64,000 nucleotides of DNA. Origin: Bacillota bacterium. Lineage in GTDB: Bacteria > Bacillota > UBA4882 > UBA10575. Shown here one piece after another: positions 58,571-64,000 of the stretch; positions within the stretch are counted from its first letter, which is position 1, and each line of letters begins with the position of its first letter. The stretch covers positions 88 to 64,087 of the forward strand of contig DUNX01000094.1 in the NCBI GenBank assembly GCA_012839115.1, given 5' to 3'. The position numbers were made by a program, and so were the translations under genes. The notes beneath the pieces were generated by a model. The model worked only from the letters and a program-made list of their open reading frames with translations. It searched no databases and was not told the origin of the DNA.

Positions 58571-58624
58571 CGCGCACTGTATGCGCGTGCCAACGCAATG
58601 CGTGCGCATGCGCGTATACGCGCA
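58571..58624. repeat. Cluster of alternating purine-pyrimidine CG-rich palindromes upstream of rpsP
   Basis: 27 nt of perfect R/Y alternation at 58598-58624 (ATGCGTGCGCATGCGCGTATACGCGCA). It contains the overlapping perfect palindromes GCGCATGCGC (58604-58613) and CGCGTATACGCG (58611-58622). A further 13-nt alternating run lies at 58578-58590. Confidence 0.9.
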
Positions 58625-58661
58625 AATAGAGTAATCAACTTACAGGAGGTGGTATCTACGG

Positions 58662-58928
58662 ATGGCGGTACGGATTAGATTAACCAGAATGGGAGCGAAG
58701 AAGCGTCCTTTTTACCGGTTTGTGGTGGCCGACAGCAGAGCCCCGCGGGACGGGCGTTTCATTGAGATTTTGGGGCATTACAACCCAATCGCGAACCCTG
58801 TAGAACTGGTAGTGGACAAGGAGAAGGCCCTTGAGTGGATGACCAAAGGCGCACAACCCTCGGAACGGGTGAAGAGCCTCTTTCGGAAAGCAGGAGTGCT
58901 GCCGGATAAGGAAGCGGTCGGAGAATGA
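58662..58928 (+). CDS. rpsP: 30S ribosomal protein S16
   Basis: [35 protein letters not shown]. Confidence 0.95.
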   Translation: MAVRIRLTRMGAKKRPFYRFVVADSRAPRDGRFIEILGHYNPIANPVELVVDKEKALEWMTKGAQPSERVKSLFRKAGVLPDKEAVGE

Positions 58929-59173
58929 AAGGAAGTGGCTCCTTGAAAGAACTTGTGGAATTGCTGGTAAAATCTTTGGTTGACAGGACGGAAGCTGTTT
59001 CTGTGGAGAAGATGGAGAACTCCGGTTCGATCCTGTTCGAGGTCAGTGTGCATCCGGATGAATTGGGCAAGGTCATCGGTAGGCAAGGAAGGGTTATCAA
59101 GGCCATCAGAACGCTGGTCCGGTCTTGTGCGCCCCCCGGGAAAAAAGTCCTTGTCGAGCTGGTAGAAGAATGA
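58925..59173 (+). CDS. KH-domain RNA-binding protein (YlqC family)
   Basis: LVKSLVD...[17 protein letters not shown] (GxxG KH motif). Conserved position between rpsP and rimM. Confidence 0.85.
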   Translation: MKGSGSLKELVELLVKSLVDRTEAVSVEKMENSGSILFEVSVHPDELGKVIGRQGRVIKAIRTLVRSCAPPGKKVLVELVEE

Positions 59174-59739
59174 ACCCCGCTCCCTGGCACGCGCGCGGGC
59201 GTGCGAACCCCCCGGCGGATCTGGCGGCGGTGGGAGAGGTCCTTACCACCCAGGGGAACAAGGGTGAACTCAAGGTTCGTCCTTTAACCGACGATCCGCA
59301 GCGGTGGTCCGAGTTGACCCGGGTTTTTTTCTGCCGGGCGGACGCGCGGGAAGAATTAACCGTGGAGCGGGTCCGTTATTTCCGCGGGTTTGTCGTGGTG
59401 AAATTCAAAGAGATTAACAGTTTGACGGAAGCGGAAAAATTGCGGGGCGGTTTCCTCTGTATCCCGCTGGCGGAACGAAGGCTTTTGCCTGCAGGCAGTT
59501 ATTATTTTGATCAGATCCTTGGCCTTTCCGTTCTGGATGAAACCGGCTCTTTCCTGGGAAAAGTCGAGGATATCCTGCCTACCGGGGCCAATGACGTATA
59601 TGTGGTGCGCGGTGGCCCGCACGGGGAATTTTTGCTTCCCGCCCTGAAATCGGTGGTTCTCACGGTTGATCTGGCCGCCGGCGCGATGAAGGTGCGGCTC
59701 CCTGCCGGGCTGATAGATGAGGATGATGGTGAACGATGA
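59170..59739 (+). CDS. rimM: 16S rRNA processing protein RimM
   Basis: VGEVLTTQGNKGELKVRP (canonical RimM N-terminus) and a PRC-barrel C-terminus. The ATG at 59170 gives a 20-aa Arg/Ala-rich extension, so the GTG near 59230 may be the true start. Confidence 0.85.
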   Translation: MNPAPWHARGRANPPADLAAVGEVLTTQGNKGELKVRPLTDDPQRWSELTRVFFCRADAREELTVERVRYFRGFVVVKFKEINSLTEAEKLRGGFLCIPLAERRLLPAGSYYFDQILGLSVLDETGSFLGKVEDILPTGANDVYVVRGGPHGEFLLPALKSVVLTVDLAAGAMKVRLPAGLIDEDDGER

Positions 59740-60539
59740 AGATTACAATCCTCACCCTGTTTCCGGAGATGTTCACCGGCCCTTTTTCCTGCAGTATTAT
59801 TAAGCGGGCGGCGGAAAAAGGCCTGGTGGAACTGGAAACGGTTAATCTTCGTGATTTTACCAAAGACCGGCACCGGACGGTGGATGATACCCCCTACGGC
59901 GGCGGTCCGGGAATGGTCCTCAAGCCGGAACCGGTTTTTGAGGCGGTCGAAACGATAATCGGGAAAAAGGGGCGTAAACCCTATACCGTTCTTACCACCC
60001 CGCAGGGGGAGGTTTTCCGGCAGCAGATCGCCACCGAACTGGCCGGCAAAGAAGAGCTCCTCTTTATTTGCGGCCATTACGAAGGGTATGACGAGCGCAT
60101 CCGTACCCTGGCCGACCGGGAACTCTCCATTGGTGATTACGTTTTAACCGGAGGGGAACTCCCGGCGATGGTGATGATTGACGCCGTTGTGCGGTTGCTC
60201 CCGGGGGCGCTGGGGGCTCCGGAAGCGGCAAGCAATGATTCTTTCAGTGCGGGGCTGCTGGATTACCCGCAATACACCAAACCGGCGGTCTATAAAGGCC
60301 TGGTTGTCCCCGATGTTTTACTTTCCGGGCACCACCAACAGATCGCCGCCTGGAGAAGGAGAGAGGCCTTGCTCAGGACAGCGGAAAGACGGCGGGATCT
60401 GCTGGTTCAGGCTGATCTGAGCCGGGAAGAGCGGGCTTTTCTCGCGGAAAAGTTTCCCGGGCTTTATGGGTCGGAAGATGCGCCGGCCGGAAGAACACTG
60501 AGGGGTCGCGCGCGCGGCAAAAGAGAGGAAAAGGGATAA
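59736..60539 (+). CDS. trmD: tRNA (guanine37-N1)-methyltransferase
   Basis: ILTLFPEMF, YGGGPGMV, CGHYEGYDER and LTGGELPA motifs. About 25-aa basic C-terminal extension. Confidence 0.93.
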   Translation: MKITILTLFPEMFTGPFSCSIIKRAAEKGLVELETVNLRDFTKDRHRTVDDTPYGGGPGMVLKPEPVFEAVETIIGKKGRKPYTVLTTPQGEVFRQQIATELAGKEELLFICGHYEGYDERIRTLADRELSIGDYVLTGGELPAMVMIDAVVRLLPGALGAPEAASNDSFSAGLLDYPQYTKPAVYKGLVVPDVLLSGHHQQIAAWRRREALLRTAERRRDLLVQADLSREERAFLAEKFPGLYGSEDAPAGRTLRGRARGKREEKG

Positions 60540-60564
60540 TTTTTGAAAGCAAGGAGGGTTCCAA

Positions 60565-60909
60565 ATGAACCTCATTGATTTGGTGGAACAAAAACAAATG
60601 AAGAAAGATCTCCCGGAATTTATCCCCGGGGATACGGTCCGCGTTCATCTGAAAGTGGTGGAAGGTGAGCGGGAACGGATCCAGGTATTTGAAGGGGTAG
60701 TGATCGCCCGGGCCAACGGGGGGTTAAAAGAGACTTTTACCGTACGGAAGATCTCCGGCGGCGTGGGTGTGGAAAGGATTTTTCCTTTGCACTCTCCCAT
60801 GATTAGCAAGATTGAAGTGGTTCGCCGCGGCCGGGTGCGCCGGGCTAAACTTTATTACCTGCGTAAACGTGCAGGTAAGGCAGCCCGGATCGCCGAACGC
60901 CAAGGTTAA
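60565..60909 (+). CDS. rplS: 50S ribosomal protein L19
   Basis: [31 protein letters not shown]...[20 protein letters not shown]. Confidence 0.95.
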   Translation: MNLIDLVEQKQMKKDLPEFIPGDTVRVHLKVVEGERERIQVFEGVVIARANGGLKETFTVRKISGGVGVERIFPLHSPMISKIEVVRRGRVRRAKLYYLRKRAGKAARIAERQG

Positions 60910-60949
60910 AATGCGCACGCGGGCGTGTGCGTAGATAGGGGGAGTACCG

Positions 60950-61555
60950 GTGGACTTTAAAAAGTCGGAACTGCGGGAGACCATTGAATCCATAGCCGGA
61001 TCGGTAATCACCATCTTGTTTATTATGATCTTTCTTGTTCAATCATATAAGGTGGACGGCAGTTCCATGGAACCAACACTATCTCATAACCAGAGGTTAT
61101 TGGTGGACAAGATCACTTACCGTTTCCGCCTCCCCCGGACGGGAGAGATTATTGTTTTTAAATATCCCCGGGATCCTGATAAAAAGTTCATTAAACGGGT
61201 GATTGCCGTTGAGGGACAGGATGTCAGCATTTACGGCGGCCAGGTGAAAGTTGACGGGCTGGTCTTGGAGGAAGACTATATTAAAGATACAACGGATGGG
61301 GAGTTCGAATGGACCATCGTCCCCACGGATTCCCTTTTTGTCATGGGCGATAACCGCAACCGGAGCCTGGACAGCAGGGATACGGATAATGTGGGGTATG
61401 TGCCCTTGGCAAATGTTGTCGGCAGGGCGGTGGTGGTGTACTGGCCGCCCCGGGGAGCCCAGGTTTTAAGCAGGCCGGTTTACCAGAAATCAATGGACCA
61501 GGATGGCGTTGATAACGGTTGGTATAGCTATCCTCCACCCGGTAATCTTCAATAA
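60950..61555 (+). CDS. lepB: Signal peptidase I (second paralogue)
   Basis: TM anchor, DGSSMEPT Ser box, FIKRVIAVEGQ Lys box and GDNRNRSLDSR box. rplS-lepB adjacency is typical of Clostridia. Confidence 0.88.
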   Translation: MDFKKSELRETIESIAGSVITILFIMIFLVQSYKVDGSSMEPTLSHNQRLLVDKITYRFRLPRTGEIIVFKYPRDPDKKFIKRVIAVEGQDVSIYGGQVKVDGLVLEEDYIKDTTDGEFEWTIVPTDSLFVMGDNRNRSLDSRDTDNVGYVPLANVVGRAVVVYWPPRGAQVLSRPVYQKSMDQDGVDNGWYSYPPPGNLQ

Positions 61556-61580
61556 CCACCAGTGGTGGTCTCTTTTTTTA
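61556..61580 (+). terminator. Possible weak intrinsic terminator after lepB
   Basis: CCACC (61556-61560) pairs with GGTGG (61564-61568), with a 3-nt loop. Followed by TCTCT7. Confidence 0.4.
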
Positions 61581-61681
61581 CCGGGGTTTACCGATCTCTC
61601 CGGTTTAAGCGCGCGCCGTGCGCGCGCTGGCCGACGGTATCTCCGGTGGTATCCGGAGTCGGAGCGAAGGAGCGGGCGTAG

Positions 61682-62986
61682 ATGCAAATGGTCGAAATGA
61701 TCCGTAAAAAAAGGGACGGCAGGGAACATACACCCGAAGAACTGGCCTGGCTGGTGCAGGGGATCACCGGCGGACGCCTCCCCGATTACCAGGTGGCCGC
61801 CTGGTGTATGGCCGTTTATTTCCAGGGGATGTCCCCCCGGGAAGCGAGGAGTCTTACCCTGGAGATGGCCGCCTCCGGTGAACAACTTGACCTTTCCGCC
61901 CTGCCGCAACCGGTGATTGATAAACATTCCAGTGGCGGGGTGGGCGATAAGACCTCCCTGGTACTCGCCCCCTTAATTGCCGCGGCGGGGGTACCGGTCT
62001 GTAAAATGTCCGGCCGTGGCCTGGGGCATACCGGCGGGACCATCGATAAACTGGAGTCGATCCCCGGTTTCCAGGTGGAACTGTCGCGGGAGAAGTTTAT
62101 CCGGCAGGCGCAGGCCATCGGGGTTGCCCTGACGGCACAGAGCGAAGAACTCTGTCCCGCCGACAAGATCCTCTACGCCCTGCGGGATGCCACCGGAACG
62201 GTAGAGAGTATTCCCTTGATTGCCGCCAGTATTATGAGTAAGAAGCTGGCTGGCGGCGCCGGCGGGTTTGTTCTTGATGTAAAAGTGGGCAACGGCGCTT
62301 TTATGAAAGATCTGGAAGAGGCGAAAACCCTGGCCCAGTTAATGGTGGCAATCGGCAAAGGGGCCGGGAAAAAAACAGTGGCGGTACTGACCAATATGGA
62401 CCAACCCCTGGGCCGGGCCGCCGGCAATGCCCTGGAAGTCCGGGAAGCCATTGCCTTTCTCCGGGGAGAGGCCGCTCCCGACCTTTTAGAGGTTACCCTG
62501 GCCCTGGGGGCGCAGATGTTGAAGTTGGCCGGCGCCGTCGCCGGCATGGAGGAAGGCAGGGAGAAACTAAACGGGCTTTTGTACTCCGGCCGGGGTCTTG
62601 AGGTTTTTGCCAAATGGGTGGCTGCCCAAGGCGGGGACCCGCGGGTGGTAGAAAGACCGGAGATGTTGCCGGGCGCCCCTGTTGTCCGGCCGGTCCTCTC
62701 GCCCGGAGGGGGCTTTGTGGCCAGGATGGCCACGGATCTCCTCGGGCGGGTTGTCGCGAATTTGGGAGCAGGCCGGAAGGAAAAAGAGGATATCATTGAT
62801 CCGGTGGTGGGCCTGGTTTTCCATAAGAAACCCGGTGAATCCGTGGCGCCCGGGGAACCCCTGGCCGAGGTCCACGCCCGCACTGAAGAACAGGCGGCCG
62901 AAGCCGGGCGGGCTGTGCTTCAAGCCATAAAGGTGACACCGGAACCGTCTTTTCCCCAGCCGTTGATTTACGGTTATATTGTTTAG
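61682..62986 (+). CDS. pdp: Pyrimidine-nucleoside phosphorylase
   Basis: IRKKRDG, DKHSSGGVGDKT and SGRGLGHTGGTIDKLE motifs. 434 aa. Confidence 0.92.
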   Translation: MQMVEMIRKKRDGREHTPEELAWLVQGITGGRLPDYQVAAWCMAVYFQGMSPREARSLTLEMAASGEQLDLSALPQPVIDKHSSGGVGDKTSLVLAPLIAAAGVPVCKMSGRGLGHTGGTIDKLESIPGFQVELSREKFIRQAQAIGVALTAQSEELCPADKILYALRDATGTVESIPLIAASIMSKKLAGGAGGFVLDVKVGNGAFMKDLEEAKTLAQLMVAIGKGAGKKTVAVLTNMDQPLGRAAGNALEVREAIAFLRGEAAPDLLEVTLALGAQMLKLAGAVAGMEEGREKLNGLLYSGRGLEVFAKWVAAQGGDPRVVERPEMLPGAPVVRPVLSPGGGFVARMATDLLGRVVANLGAGRKEKEDIIDPVVGLVFHKKPGESVAPGEPLAEVHARTEEQAAEAGRAVLQAIKVTPEPSFPQPLIYGYIV

Positions 62987-63079
62987 CCTATTGCAGCGGT
63001 GTTCTCATCTAGCGCCGCAGTTGGCGTGGTAAGTAAAGGCATATTTTTCATTGTATTGCTGCAGCCCCTGGTGGAACCG

Positions 63080-63146
63080 GCTATTAACAACCGGTTATTA
63101 ACAACCGATTGTTCACAACCGATTGTTCACAACCGATTGTTAACGG
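63080..63146. repeat. 14-bp periodic array of pseudo-palindromic units (TTATTAACAACCGG / TTGTTCACAACCGA x4.5) upstream of rnfC
   Basis: CTATTAACAACCGG TTATTAACAACCGA TTGTTCACAACCGA TTGTTCACAACCGA TTGTTAACGG, read directly about 150-210 nt upstream of the rnfC start. Confidence 0.9.
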
Positions 63147-63291
63147 TTTTTGCATTGCGCTAACAGAGGATTTGCGTTAAGATTAAGGACGGGAAGGATT
63201 CGCGCACGTGCGCGAGTAATCATATATGGCAGTGAATTGTAGGCACGCGCAGCTCTGCGCAGAATGCACGTAGAGAATGGAGTGAAACCGA

Positions 63292-64000
63292 ATGTATGCC
63301 AAGACTTTTCGCAAGGGGACTCATCCTCCGGGGAACAAGGAAAAAACCGCTGCTTTGCCCATTGAGGTTCTTCCTGCCCCTAATAAAGTGGTGCTGCCTT
63401 TGTCTCAGCATATCGGCGCACCGGCGCAGCCGTTGGTTTCTGTCGGGGATGAGGTGGCGCCGGGACAGAGGATCGGCGAGGCACAGGGAATGGTTTCTGC
63501 GGCGCTGCATGCCAGTATCGGCGGTAAAATAACAGCCATTGAAGAGCGACCGCACCCGGCAGGGAAGATGTTGCCGGCGATCGTCATTGAGAACACCGGC
63601 GGGCAGGAACTTTCTCCCGTACCGGAGGTTAATCCCGGCCGGCCGCTGGAGGAGATAACTGGAGAAGAGATTAAGGAGCTTATGCGTGCCGGCGGCTTGG
63701 TGGGGATGGGCGGCGCCGCTTTCCCGACCCATGTCAAGTACTACCCCCCGGCCGGCAAGAAAATCGAATATGTCATCTTGAACGGTGCGGAATGCGAGCC
63801 GTATCTCACCAGTGACCACCGGTTGATGCTGGAGCGGCCGGGGGCGGTTCTTTACGGCCTGAAAGCCATGATGAAGGCGGCAGGCGCCGAAAGGGGTTAT
63901 ATCGGCGTTGAACTGAATAAGGTTGATGTGATTAAGGTTCTGCAGGAAGAGACCCGGGGCGACGCCACCATTGAAATCGTCCCCCTGCAGGTGAAATACC
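63292..64000 (+). CDS. rnfC: Electron transport complex subunit RnfC (5' part; runs off the window)
   Basis: Absent from the ORF track because no stop is reached. My translation from the ATG at 63292 gives MYAKTFRKGTHPPGNKEKTAALPIEVLPAPNKVVLPLSQHIGAPAQPLVSVGDEV...GLVGMGGAAFPTHVKY...VILNGAECEPYLTSDHRLM, the RnfC N-terminal barrel-sandwich plus NADH-binding SLBB region. Confidence 0.85.
   Translation, partial: MYAKTFRKGTHPPGNKEKTAALPIEVLPAPNKVVLPLSQHIGAPAQPLVSVGDEVAPGQRIGEAQGMVSAALHASIGGKITAIEERPHPAGKMLPAIVIENTGGQELSPVPEVNPGRPLEEITGEEIKELMRAGGLVGMGGAAFPTHVKYYPPAGKKIEYVILNGAECEPYLTSDHRLMLERPGAVLYGLKAMMKAAGAERGYIGVELNKVDVIKVLQEETRGDATIEIVPLQVKY

Noticed and set aside
60540-60564. L19 leader RNA upstream of rplS
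   Set aside because: The trmD-rplS gap is only 25 nt, too short for the Firmicute L19 leader structure.
63080-63146. Calling the rnfC-upstream array a bona fide Rex operator
   Set aside because: Only half-site similarity is present. The canonical 18-bp inverted repeat TTGTGAA-N4-TTCACAA is not present as such. It is kept as a hypothesis in findings, not as an annotated feature.

Overview
This window is a core-genome stretch from a GC-rich, endospore-forming Firmicute. It looks Clostridia-like: spoIIM, spoIVA, PdaB/YlxY-like deacetylases and a YaaH-like GH18 are present, and gene order matches the Bacillus/Clostridium synteny blocks nudF-spoIIM-xerD, der-plsY-gpsA-spoIVA-hbs, hisS-aspS-6S RNA, secA-prfB and ylxM-ffh-rpsP-KH-rimM-trmD-rplS-lepB. 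I support about 55 protein genes, all but two on the + strand. They are mostly housekeeping: murI, folD, ppdK, murD, accDA, pfkA, pyk, dut, valS, pdp and the start of rnfC. RNA and regulatory features I can support are a 6S RNA between aspS and the 5-formyl-THF cyclo-ligase gene, a T-box leader upstream of valS, the programmed +1 frameshift in prfB, several sigma-A-like promoters and several intrinsic terminators. I saw no tRNA, rRNA, CRISPR array, IS element, prophage or recognisable defence island.

The unusual part is the non-coding DNA. Almost every spacer longer than about 60 bp carries one or both of two things: (a) a locus-specific, decayed tandem 'word' array (periods 6 to 67 bp, a different word at each locus), and (b) CG-rich, perfectly alternating purine-pyrimidine palindromic tracts (GCGCGC, ACGCGT, GTGCGCAC types, up to 27 nt). 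These often sit 10-90 nt upstream of start codons. The same tract type also occurs in frame inside variable parts of proteins (Der, TrmD C-terminus, one deacetylase C-terminus, RimM N-terminus).

Secondary points of interest:
- a rhodanese gene remnant abutting a 3 x 66 bp repeat;
- an orphan LpxB-like GT19 gene flanked by a DUF2993-like gene, two deacetylases and a small secreted protein with an outer-membrane-type beta-barrel signature;
- an orphan B12-binding radical SAM gene;
- a TldD/PmbA pair divergent from a flippase-like membrane protein.

All calls come from reading the sequence and translations by eye. No searches or statistics were run.
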